From Nannocystis bainbridge (GTDB taxonomy: Bacteria > Myxococcota_A > Polyangia > Nannocystales > Nannocystaceae), in the NCBI RefSeq assembly GCF_028368995.1, contig NZ_JAQNDL010000002.1, forward strand, positions 928,001 to 992,000: a DNA stretch of 64,000 bases. The letters run 5' to 3'. Shown one piece after another: positions 1 through 9,514 of this stretch. Below the pieces are notes generated by a model. The model made no database searches. It saw only the letters and a list, made by a program, of their open reading frames with translations, and was not told the DNA's origin. Position numbers and translations under genes: made by a program. Position 1 is the first letter of the stretch. The number at the start of each line of letters is the position of its first letter.

Positions 1-1246
1 CCATGATGAAGTACATCTTGATGCGGTCGTAGCCGCGCTCGAAGATCCGCCGCGCCGAGGTCAGGATGTCGTCGTCGCTGACGTTCTTGTTGATGACGTC
101 GCGCATCCGCTGGGTCCCGGCCTCGGGCGCGAAGGTGAGGCCGCTGATGCCGACGCTCTTGATCTCGTCGAGCAGGCCCTCGTTGAGGCCGTAAGCGCGC
201 AAGCTGGCGATGCCGAGCTTGATCTTGCGGCGCTTGAGCTCGGGCACGAGCTCCTTGATCAGCGGATCGATGCACGAGACGTCGGCGGTGCTCAGCGCGG
301 TGAGGCTGGTCTCGGAGAAGCCGGCCGCCTCGACGCCGTCGAGCACGGCCTTGACGATCTGCTTGGGGTCGCGCTCGCGGACCGGGCGGTAGATGATGCC
401 GGCCTGGCAGAACCGGCAGCCCTCGGTGCAGCCGCGGGTGATCTCGACGGAGGCGCGATCGAAGATGGCCTCGGCGTAGGGGATCGGGAACCGCGTGGGG
501 AAGGGGAAGCGATCGAGATCGCGCACGTAGACGCGACCGACCCGCGCGGGCACGCCGAGCGCTCGACCCTCCTCGGTCGGGCCGGTGACGACGAGCAGCT
601 CGCTCCGCTCGTCGCGCTCGACGGCGTAGAAGGTGGGCGCGTAGATGCCGGGCGTGCGGGCGGCGGCGGCCAGGATCTCGCGCCGCGACCGACCTTCGCT
701 ACGCATGCGGCCGATCGTGCGCAGGAGGTCGGGCAGGACCTCCTCGGCCTCGCCGACGAGGAAGAGATCGACGAAGGCGGCCAGCGGCTCGGGGTGCGTG
801 GCCGTGGGCCCGCCCGCGAGCACGATCGGGTCGGCGTCGCCTCGCGCGTCGCTGCGCAGCGGGATCCCGCCGAGTTCGAGGTTGAGGAGGACGTTGGTGT
901 AGCTGAGCTCGTACTGCAGGCTGAAGCCGACGACGTCGAACTCACGCAGCGGGGTGGCGGTCTCGAGGCTGACGAGCGGGAGACCCCGCGCACGCAGCTC
1001 GGCCTCCATGTCGGTCCACGGGCTGAACGCGCGCTCGCACACGAGGTCGTCGTGCTTGTTGACGAGGTCGTAGAGGATGCGCGTGCCGAGGTGGCTCATG
1101 CCGATCTCGTAGAGATCGGGGAAGGCGAGGACGAAGCGACACGCGAGCCCGGCGCCCGACTTGCGGATCTGCTGCTCTTCGCCGCCGAGGTAGCGCCCGG
1201 GCTTTTCCACGCGCCCGAGGAATTCGGCATAAGGATGTTCTGCCAT
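1..1246 (-). CDS. Radical SAM protein, TIGR03960-like family (partial, runs off the left edge)
   Basis: Read from the reverse strand: MAEHPYAEFLGRVEKPGRYLGGE...LAFPDLYEIGMSHLG. CxxxCxxC motif TRGCTEGCRFCQAG at about 405-440. Not in the ORF track because it is truncated by the window. Confidence 0.85.
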   Translation of the reverse strand, partial: MAEHPYAEFLGRVEKPGRYLGGEEQQIRKSGAGLACRFVLAFPDLYEIGMSHLGTRILYDLVNKHDDLVCERAFSPWTDMEAELRARGLPLVSLETATPLREFDVVGFSLQYELSYTNVLLNLELGGIPLRSDARGDADPIVLAGGPTATHPEPLAAFVDLFLVGEAEEVLPDLLRTIGRMRSEGRSRREILAAAARTPGIYAPTFYAVERDERSELLVVTGPTEEGRALGVPARVGRVYVRDLDRFPFPTRFPIPYAEAIFDRASVEITRGCTEGCRFCQAGIIYRPVRERDPKQIVKAVLDGVEAAGFSETSLTALSTADVSCIDPLIKELVPELKRRKIKLGIASLRAYGLNEGLLDEIKSVGISGLTFAPEAGTQRMRDVINKNVSDDDILTSARRIFERGYDRIKMYFIM

Positions 1247-1351
1247 GACGAGCCGCTCTTTTAGCCGAAATGGCGCGTCCGCACCACCGCGTCCGCGCCG
1301 GGCGCACCGCCCCCCTTGCCGCGGGCCGCGTGTGACCCAAGAATGCCTGCC

Positions 1352-2350
1352 GTGAAGGACCTGTACTCAGTCCTGGGCGTGCCGCGCACCGCCGACGAGA
1401 AAGAGATCAAGCGGGCGTTCCGCAAGCTGACTCAGCAGCATCACCCGGACAAGAACCCGGGCGACAAGCAGGCAGAGGAGAAATTCAAGGAGATGTCCGG
1501 CGCCTACGAGGTGCTGGGCGACGCTCAGCGGCGCAAGAACTACGACGAGTTCGGCGACATGAGCCTGACGCAGGGCTTCGATCCGGAGCGCGCGCGCGCC
1601 TATCAGCAGGCGACCCGCGGCGGCGGTGGCGGTCGCCGGCGCGCCGGGCCGGCCGGGTTCGGCGGCGGCGGCGGGTTTGACGCCGACGGCCAGTTCAATT
1701 TCCAGAACTTCGGCGACGCGCGCGGGGTGTCGTTCGACGACCTGCTGTCGCAGCTGTTCGGCGGCGGGCGCGTGGTCGACCCTGCTGCCCGCGGCGGTCG
1801 CGGGCGACCGGTCAGCACCCGCGGGAACGACATCGAGGGCGAGATCACGATCGATTTCCCGCAGCTGCTGCGCGGGGCCGTGATCCCGCTGCGCATCGAG
1901 TCGCAGACAGGGGGCTCGCGCACGCTCGACGTCAAGGTGCCGGTCGGGATCGCCGACGGCGGCAAGCTGCGTCTTCGCGGTCAGGGCGGCCCGGGCGACC
2001 CGCCGGGCGACATTCTATTGACGGTGAAGGTCGCGCCGCATCCGCGCCTCAAGCGCGATGGCAACAACCTGCAGATGAGTCTGCCCGTGACCGCGCTCGA
2101 GGCGGTGCGCGGCGGCCCGGTCGACATCCCGACGCCGGCCGGGGCGGTGACGTTGAAGCTCAAGCCCGGCAGTCAGAACGGGCAGACGCTGCGGCTCAAG
2201 GGCAAGGGCATCGCGCCGGCGAACGGCGAGGCGGGCGACCTGCTGGTGACGCTCGACGTGCGCCTCCCCACCGCGGCCGACCCTGAGCTGACAGCCGCGC
2301 TCGAGCGCCTGCAGGGGCACGAGAACGTGCGCGCCGACCTCGAGCTGTAG
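1352..2350 (+). CDS. DnaJ-class (CbpA-like) co-chaperone: J domain plus DnaJ C-terminal domain, no zinc finger
   Basis: KDLYSVLGV...HPDKN J-domain motif, G/F-rich linker, C-terminal LRLKGKG/GDLLV. GTG start at 1352 is preferred; ATG at 1343 is the alternative. Confidence 0.9.
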   Translation: MKDLYSVLGVPRTADEKEIKRAFRKLTQQHHPDKNPGDKQAEEKFKEMSGAYEVLGDAQRRKNYDEFGDMSLTQGFDPERARAYQQATRGGGGGRRRAGPAGFGGGGGFDADGQFNFQNFGDARGVSFDDLLSQLFGGGRVVDPAARGGRGRPVSTRGNDIEGEITIDFPQLLRGAVIPLRIESQTGGSRTLDVKVPVGIADGGKLRLRGQGGPGDPPGDILLTVKVAPHPRLKRDGNNLQMSLPVTALEAVRGGPVDIPTPAGAVTLKLKPGSQNGQTLRLKGKGIAPANGEAGDLLVTLDVRLPTAADPELTAALERLQGHENVRADLEL

Positions 2351-2370
2351 AGGTCGCCGCGTGCTATGCC

Positions 2371-3342
<972 letters not shown>

Positions 3343-3344
3343 TG

Positions 3345-3400
3345 TGGTTTTTGGGACATGCCCCGAAGGGCATGTCCGTCGAGACATGTCCGTGAAGACC
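3345..3400. repeat. Array of four phased 14-bp TGTCC-N4-GGACA-like units
   Basis: TGGTT-TTTG-GGACA|TGCCC-CGAA-GGGCA|TGTCC-GTCG-AGACA|TGTCC-GTGA-AGACC, abutting the GGAGG RBS of the GST gene. Confidence 0.85.
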
Positions 3401-3412
3401 TGGAGGACCCCG

Positions 3413-4072
3413 ATGCAGCTCGAGCTGATCAGCCACGCCCTGTGCCCGTTCGTCCACCGCGCCTGCATCATGCTGCGCGAGAAGGGGGTCGAGTACAGCC
3501 GCCGCGACATCGACCTCGACAACAAGCCGGAGTGGTTCTTGGCCCTGTCGCCGCGCGGCAAGGTGCCGGTGCTGGTGGCCGACGGGACGCCGCTGTTCGA
3601 GTCGGCGGCGATCGTCGAGTTCCTCGACGAGACCCACCCGCCGCCGGTGATCCCGACCGAGCCGTTCGCGCGGGCGCGCGGGCGGGCGTGGGTCGAGGTC
3701 GCCAGCGATCTGCTGATGGCGCAGTACCGGGTCTACATGGCGGCGACGCAGGCGGACTTCGAGGCGGCGGCCAAGACGGCGACGGCGGCGCTGGGCCGCT
3801 ACGACGATGCGCTGCGCAAGGGCGACCTGGCGGCGGACGAGTTCAAGCTGGTCGAGGTGGCGGCGGCGCCGGCGATGTTCCGCTTCGCGCTGCTGGCCGA
3901 CCACGCCGGCTGGGCGTTCTGGCCGGCGGGCTCGCAGGTCGAGGCGTGGGCGCGACGCCTGGCGAGCCGGCCGTCGGTGACTTCGTCGGTGGCCGAGGAC
4001 TTCGCCGAGAAGTTCCTGAAGCTGCTGGCCGACAAGAACAGCTACATGCTGAAGACCCGCCCGACGGCCTGA
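3413..4072 (+). CDS. Glutathione S-transferase family protein
   Basis: LCPFVHR active-site region, SPRGKVPVL, LFESAAIVEFLDE; GGAGG upstream of the ATG at 3413. Confidence 0.9.
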   Translation: MQLELISHALCPFVHRACIMLREKGVEYSRRDIDLDNKPEWFLALSPRGKVPVLVADGTPLFESAAIVEFLDETHPPPVIPTEPFARARGRAWVEVASDLLMAQYRVYMAATQADFEAAAKTATAALGRYDDALRKGDLAADEFKLVEVAAAPAMFRFALLADHAGWAFWPAGSQVEAWARRLASRPSVTSSVAEDFAEKFLKLLADKNSYMLKTRPTA

Positions 4073-4085
4073 GAGGAGCGTCCCC

Positions 4086-4700
4086 ATGCACATCGACATC
4101 GTGTCCGACATCGCCTGCCCGTGGTGCTTCATCGGCATCGAGCGGCTCGAGCGCGCGCTGGCCGAGACGGGGGCCGAGGCGACGGTGACGCTGCACCCGT
4201 TCCTGCTCGACCCCGACGGGCCCGACAGCGGGACCGACCTGCGCGAGCGCCTGCGCCAGAAGTTCGGCGGCGACCCGACGCCGGCGTTCGCCAACGTCGA
4301 GCGCGCGGCCCGAGAGTCGGGCATCGCGCTCGACTTCGCGAAGGTGCACATGGGCTACCCGACGCTGCGGGCGCACACGCTGCTGCGCCACTCGGTTGCC
4401 AAGGGGAGCCAGCGGGCGCTGTCGCGGGCGCTGTTCGCGGCCTACTTCCTCGAGGGCAAGAACATCGCCGACCCGGCGGTGCTGGCCGAACTGGCGGCGC
4501 CGCACGGGTTCGCCGCGGAGGAGGTTGCGGCGCTGGTCGGCGATGCGCGCGAGCTGGCCGAGACGCGCCAGGAGGCCGAACACGCGGCCCGCAACGGGGT
4601 CCGCGGGGTGCCGCTGTTCATCTTCGACGGTCGCACGGCGCTGTCGGGGGCGCAGCCGGAGGCGGTGTTCCGCGAGACGATCCGCAAGGCCGCGGGCTGA
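4086..4700 (+). CDS. DsbA-family oxidoreductase (FrnE-like)
   Basis: SDIACPWCFIG (CPWC) and GVRGVPLF...SGAQP; RBS AGGAG. Confidence 0.9.
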   Translation: MHIDIVSDIACPWCFIGIERLERALAETGAEATVTLHPFLLDPDGPDSGTDLRERLRQKFGGDPTPAFANVERAARESGIALDFAKVHMGYPTLRAHTLLRHSVAKGSQRALSRALFAAYFLEGKNIADPAVLAELAAPHGFAAEEVAALVGDARELAETRQEAEHAARNGVRGVPLFIFDGRTALSGAQPEAVFRETIRKAAG

Positions 4701-4794
4701 GCGGGCGCGTCAGGCGAGGGCGCCGAGGGCGAGCGACGTGCGCGCCGGCGACGGCGAGCTGCGTGCGCGCCGGTCATGGTCGGAGCGCGTGAGA

Positions 4795-4878
4795 TGGCTT
4801 TTCGAGCATGTCCTGATGGGCATGCTCGAGGCGACATGTCGATCGGGGCATGCTCCCGAAATCATGTCCCGAGAGACA
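4795..4878. repeat. Array of six phased 14-bp units between convergent genes
   Basis: CATG junctions at 4807, 4821, 4835, 4849 and 4863 (exact 14-bp period). Confidence 0.9.
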
Positions 4879-5398
4879 GCTGCCGCACCAAGTCCGGATC
4901 GAGCGGCTCGCTGACGTCGGGGCGGTGGAAATCGGGGCGCAGGCCGCCGGCGGGCAGGGCGGAGAGGTAGCGGCGCGCGTCGCCCTGGCCGTGGATCGCG
5001 TGGGCGTTGCAGCGGGCCAGGCCGGGCGGGAGCAGGTCGGCAGGGACGGTCGCGCGACCGCGCCAGCGGCCGCCGGCAAGCGCGTCGGCGACGAACTCGA
5101 CAGCGACGGTGGCGACGAGGTTGCGGACGCCGTGCAGCTGGAGCGCGAGCGAGTGGCCGTGCGGGCCGAACTCGAGCTCGAGGTAGCGATCGCCGGGGGC
5201 GTGGAGGAACAGCTCGACGACCTCGAAATTCCACAGGCCCGGGGTCGAGCCGGGCGGCGAGGGCGGCGGCGGATCGCGGTGAAACGGGGCGTCGATCGTC
5301 AGCTCGAGCGCGCCGGGGCGAGCGCGGAGCTCGAGGGTGGTTCGTTCGACAGGCGCCGCCGGGCGGCCGTCCCACGTGCGGTCGATGACGAGGTGCAC
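4862..5398 (-). CDS. Hypothetical protein resembling eukaryotic C4orf33/UPF0462
   Basis: Motifs TWDG, APF..DP, LWNFEVVELFL, YLELEFGPHG, NAHAIHG and PDFHR recall UPF0462 proteins (from memory). TACCCT lies 6 nt before the GTG. Confidence 0.65.
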   Translation of the reverse strand: MHLVIDRTWDGRPAAPVERTTLELRARPGALELTIDAPFHRDPPPPSPPGSTPGLWNFEVVELFLHAPGDRYLELEFGPHGHSLALQLHGVRNLVATVAVEFVADALAGGRWRGRATVPADLLPPGLARCNAHAIHGQGDARRYLSALPAGGLRPDFHRPDVSEPLDPDLVRQLSLGT

Positions 5399-5413
5399 GC
5401 GGCCAGGGTAGCG

Positions 5414-7546
5414 TCAGTCGGCGCGCACGGCGTCGCCGAGGATCGCCGAGTACAGCGCGGCGGCCGGATCGAGCGCGGCGGCGGGGGCGGCCAGCAGGAG
5501 CACGGCGTGGTCGCCGAGGCGGCGCTCGACGAGGCGGGCGATGGTCTCGCCGTTGCGCTGCAGCGTGTAGTTGGTGAAGCCGGCGAAGGCGGCCTCGGGA
5601 TCGGCCTCGGGGCGCAGGACGAGCTCGTGCGCGAGGGCCGGGGCGAGGACGAACAGAGCGCTGCCCTCGGCGGGGGCGTCGGGCACGACCACGAACTCGA
5701 CGAGGTGGCCGCCGCGCAGCGCCTGGGTGTCGAGCCAGCCAGGGAACACCTGCAGCAGCGGGTGGCGGCGCTCGCCAGCTTCGACGCGCTCGAAGCTGGT
5801 CGGCAGCGCGAGCGCGACGCCGTTCTCGACGACGCGGAGCTCGCGGTGGGCAGCGGCGAAGGCGATCGGATCTTCGCGCGAGACCTGGACGGCGCCGAGG
5901 CCGACGACGGCGATCGCGGCCAGGCACAGGCCGGCCAGCGGCTTGCGGGTCCAGCCGGGGAGGGTCGGTGGCAGCAGCAGGGTCAGCGCGGAGGCGACGA
6001 AGGCAGCTGTCCCGAGAGACAGGGGCGTCGAGCGCAGGCCGTAGACCCCGGGGATGCAGGCGAACACGTGCGCGCCGAGCAGGAAGAGCAGGGTGAGGAC
6101 GACGCTGCGGCGCACCGTCGAGAGCAGGCCCGGGGTGCGCGCGGGCAGCAGCGTCCACAAGGTGGCGACCAGCACGGCGACCGCGAGGGCGTTGCCGCCG
6201 CCGATGACCTGGGCCGGATCGGGGTCGGCGACCGCGGCGGCCCACATGCCGGCGGCGCTGCCGAGGATGGCGATCAGGCCGGTGCGGGCCCAGCCGTGGA
6301 TGCGCTCGAGCACATGTCCTGCGAGCCAGATCGAGTAGCAGTCGAGCAGCAGGCCGACGAGGTCGGCGTGCACGAACGGGGCGGTGAAGAGGCGGCCCCA
6401 GCTGCCGGCGCGCCACAGCTCGCCGGTCAGGGCGCCGGCGCGGAGCAGGCCGACGCCGGCCCAGCCGGCCGCGAGCGTGACCACGTACCAACCGGCCGAG
6501 ACGGCGATCAGGGCGGTGGTCATGATCAGCGGCTGCAGCCGGCGGGCCCCGCCGCGCTCGCGCAGGGCGGCGCGGAAGCGTTCGCCGACGGCCTGGACGA
6601 ACTCCTGCAGATCGTCGTCGAACGCCGGCGCGGGCTCGTCGACGTGGGCGCGCACGGTGCGAGCGGCGGCGGCGAGGCGGGTCTCGCTGCGGCGCGCGAG
6701 CCCGGGGACCTGCTGCAGCAACGCGTCGGCGCGCTGCGGATCGCCGGCGCGGGCGGCGGCGATCCCGAGGAACAGCGTGGCTGTCCCCGGGGACAGGCCG
6801 AGCCGGCGCCCGCGGTCGCGCACCAACGCGTCCTCGACGACGCCGAGCGCCCCGGAGTGGGCGAGGAAGGTGAGGCGCGCCTGGGCCAGCAGCTCGGCGG
6901 CGCCGGCCTCGCTGCCGAGCGGGCCGTCCTCGATCGAGCGCAGCAGCGCGGCCGCGGCGTCGTGACGCCCGAGCTCGCCGAAGGCGCGCAAGATCCCGAG
7001 CGCCAGCGTCGGCCGGACCGCGGCGTAGCTCGGGTGGAAGTGACTCTCGTAGTGCGTCACCGCCTCGCTCCAGCGGTGGTCGAACAGCAGCATCGCCACG
7101 ATCTGCTCGTGGATCACCGCCAGCTCGGCCGGCTCCTCGGCGGCGGCGACGAGGCCGCGGAAGTGGGCCAGCGCCGCGTCGACGCCGTCGCGGTCGAGCA
7201 GGGCGAAGCCGCGGAGGATCTGCTGCTGACGCCCGAGGCCGGCGCCGGGCATCAACATGGCTCGAAGACCAGACAGGCGCACGGCCAGGCGCGGGCGGCC
7301 GAGCGCGAACATCTGCCGGGCCCCGCGCTCGAGCAGCGCCGGGGCGACCACCGTCAGGCCGCACAGACAGATGACGACGGTCCCGAGGTAGCGGTCCTCG
7401 TAGACGATCGCGGTGAAGGCCAGCACGAGCTGCAGCCCCAGCACCGCCGCGTAGCCCCGCGGGCCGCCCGGTCGGCGGATCGTGCGGAGCAGGACCATGG
7501 CGAGGACCAGCCCCGCGAGGACCAGGAGGTTGTGATAGAGCGCCAA
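5414..7546 (-). CDS. Membrane protein: helical/TPR-like region plus rhomboid-like domain with degenerate catalytic motifs
   Basis: GA...GSWGRLFTAPFVHAD and LERIHG are rhomboid-like; multiple TM segments; the GxSG motif reads GGGN. Confidence 0.7.
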   Translation of the reverse strand: MALYHNLLVLAGLVLAMVLLRTIRRPGGPRGYAAVLGLQLVLAFTAIVYEDRYLGTVVICLCGLTVVAPALLERGARQMFALGRPRLAVRLSGLRAMLMPGAGLGRQQQILRGFALLDRDGVDAALAHFRGLVAAAEEPAELAVIHEQIVAMLLFDHRWSEAVTHYESHFHPSYAAVRPTLALGILRAFGELGRHDAAAALLRSIEDGPLGSEAGAAELLAQARLTFLAHSGALGVVEDALVRDRGRRLGLSPGTATLFLGIAAARAGDPQRADALLQQVPGLARRSETRLAAAARTVRAHVDEPAPAFDDDLQEFVQAVGERFRAALRERGGARRLQPLIMTTALIAVSAGWYVVTLAAGWAGVGLLRAGALTGELWRAGSWGRLFTAPFVHADLVGLLLDCYSIWLAGHVLERIHGWARTGLIAILGSAAGMWAAAVADPDPAQVIGGGNALAVAVLVATLWTLLPARTPGLLSTVRRSVVLTLLFLLGAHVFACIPGVYGLRSTPLSLGTAAFVASALTLLLPPTLPGWTRKPLAGLCLAAIAVVGLGAVQVSREDPIAFAAAHRELRVVENGVALALPTSFERVEAGERRHPLLQVFPGWLDTQALRGGHLVEFVVVPDAPAEGSALFVLAPALAHELVLRPEADPEAAFAGFTNYTLQRNGETIARLVERRLGDHAVLLLAAPAAALDPAAALYSAILGDAVRAD

Positions 7547-7553
7547 GCCGACC

Positions 7554-8513
7554 TTAACTCTGCAGCTCCACGTGACCCATGCGCCGGAACTTGGCGTAGC
7601 GCCGCTCGAGGCGGTCCTCGACCGAGAGCGCGGCGAGCTCGCCGAAGTGGCGGCGCAGGGTGTCGTGGAGCGCCGCGGCGGTGCCCGGGAGGCCGCGGTG
7701 GGCGCCGCCCAGGGTCTCGGGCACGATCTCGTCGCAGATGCCGAGGCCGACCAGGTCCTGCGCGGTCATCTTGAGCTGCTCGGCGGCGATGCGCTCGGCC
7801 TCGGCGTCCTTCCACAGGATCGAGGCGCAGCCGCGCGGCGAGATGACCGAGTAGACCGCGTGCTCGAGCATGAGGATCCGGTCGGTGACGCCGATGGCCA
7901 GCGCGCCGCCGGAGCCGCCCTCGCCGATGACGACCGAGATCGAGGGCACGCGCAGGCCGGCCATCAGCTCGAGGCAGGTGGCGATGGCCTCGGCCTGGCC
8001 GCGCTCCTCGGCGCCGATGCCCGGGTAGGCGCCGGCGGTGTCGATGAGGCAGAGCAGCGGCAGGCGGAACTGGTCGGCCATCTTCATCAGCCGCTGGGCC
8101 TTGCGGTAGCCCTCGGGGCGCGCCATCCCGAAGTTGCGGTGGAGGTTCTCCTTGGTGTTGCGGCCCTTCTGCTGGCCGAGCACCACCACGGAGCGGCCGT
8201 CGAGGCGGGCGATGCCGCCGACGATCGCGGGGTCGTCACCAAAGGCGCGGTCGCCCTTGAGCTCGACGAAGTCGGTGAGCATCTCGCCGATGTAGTCGAG
8301 CGTGTAGGGGCGGTCGGGGTGCTTGGCCAGCTGCAGCTGCTCCCACGGCGTGAGCGTGGCGAACCGCTCGCGCTGCAGCTCGGCGGCCTTCTGCTCGAGC
8401 CTGGCGATCTCGTCGGCCATCTCGCCGCTGGCGCCGCTCAGATCCTTGAGCTCGCGGATCTTCGTCTCGAGCTCGACGATCGGGCGCTCGAACTCCAATA
8501 CTTTGCCGCTCAT
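7554..8513 (-). CDS. accA: Acetyl-CoA carboxylase carboxyltransferase subunit alpha
   Basis: LEFERPI, HPDRP, GDRAFGDDPAIVGG, AYPGIGAEERGQAEAIA, GEGGSGGALA. Confidence 0.97.
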   Translation of the reverse strand: MSGKVLEFERPIVELETKIRELKDLSGASGEMADEIARLEQKAAELQRERFATLTPWEQLQLAKHPDRPYTLDYIGEMLTDFVELKGDRAFGDDPAIVGGIARLDGRSVVVLGQQKGRNTKENLHRNFGMARPEGYRKAQRLMKMADQFRLPLLCLIDTAGAYPGIGAEERGQAEAIATCLELMAGLRVPSISVVIGEGGSGGALAIGVTDRILMLEHAVYSVISPRGCASILWKDAEAERIAAEQLKMTAQDLVGLGICDEIVPETLGGAHRGLPGTAAALHDTLRRHFGELAALSVEDRLERRYAKFRRMGHVELQS

Positions 8514-9514
8514 GTCAGGTCCCCCGCGAGGAAGGCCGCGGCCTCGGCGGCGATGACGTCGGCCTCGCGCTCCAGCTCGACCTGGCCCATGAGCCAGATC
8601 GGCCGCGTGACCGCGATCCGGCGATCGACGGCCAGCTGGTGGCGGAAGTAGGTGCGCTGGCGCCGGGCGTAGCGCCGCGTCTGCTGCTTGATGGCAGCGA
8701 CGGCGTCGCCGAGGCTGAGGCCGGCGAGGTGATCGAGGATCTGGCGATAGCCGAGGCTTCCCATGGATCGATGGCGCGAATCATACCCAGCAGCGACGAG
8801 GTTGGACACCTCGGCGACGAGGCCCGCGCGGATCATCGCGTCGCAGCGGTCATCGATCGCGCGGTCGAGCGCGGTGTACTCGGGCTCGAGCACGACGGTG
8901 GCGAGGCGAGCTCGCGCACGCGGCGGGTCTTCGGCGCGGACGAGGCTCACGGGTCGATCATGCGCTTCGCACAGCCACAGGGCTCGCAGGGCGCGCACGA
9001 CGTTGCGCGGGTGGATCGCGGCGGCGGCTTCGGGATCACGGCGCTGCAGCTCCGCGTGCACGGCGCCCGCTCCCTCGCGCTCGCGTGCTTCCCACTGCGC
9101 GGTGAAGGCGGCGCGCCGCGGATCGCTCGCAGGGGCGTCGGCGACCGGATCGGCGCCGCTGTGCGTGTGCGTGACGGCGCGGAGGTAGAACCCGGTGCCG
9201 CCGGTGAACAGCCCTGGGCCGCGCGCGAGCAACTGCCAGGCGGACGACTGGTAATCTCCGGCGCTGAAGTCGGCGTCGGGATCGACGAGGTCGAGCAAGA
9301 AGTGCGGCACGCGCTCGCGCGTGGCCGCGTCGACCTTGGCGGAGCCGATGTCGAGGCCGCGATAGACCTGCACCGAGTCGCAGCAGAAGATCGGCAAGCG
9401 CAGGCGTTCGGCCAGCGCGACCGCGAGGCGTGATTTTCCAGACGCGGTCGGCCCGACGACGGCGAGCAGGCGCGGCAGATCGTGCGCGCGATCCATCGCG
9501 TCGTCGGCGGTCAT
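8510..9514 (-). CDS. miaA: tRNA dimethylallyltransferase
   Basis: GPTASGKS P-loop, DSVQVYRGLDIGSAK, GGTGFY, TRRYARRQRTYF; ATGA overlaps with mutL and accA. Confidence 0.95.
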   Translation of the reverse strand: MTADDAMDRAHDLPRLLAVVGPTASGKSRLAVALAERLRLPIFCCDSVQVYRGLDIGSAKVDAATRERVPHFLLDLVDPDADFSAGDYQSSAWQLLARGPGLFTGGTGFYLRAVTHTHSGADPVADAPASDPRRAAFTAQWEAREREGAGAVHAELQRRDPEAAAAIHPRNVVRALRALWLCEAHDRPVSLVRAEDPPRARARLATVVLEPEYTALDRAIDDRCDAMIRAGLVAEVSNLVAAGYDSRHRSMGSLGYRQILDHLAGLSLGDAVAAIKQQTRRYARRQRTYFRHQLAVDRRIAVTRPIWLMGQVELEREADVIAAEAAAFLAGDLT

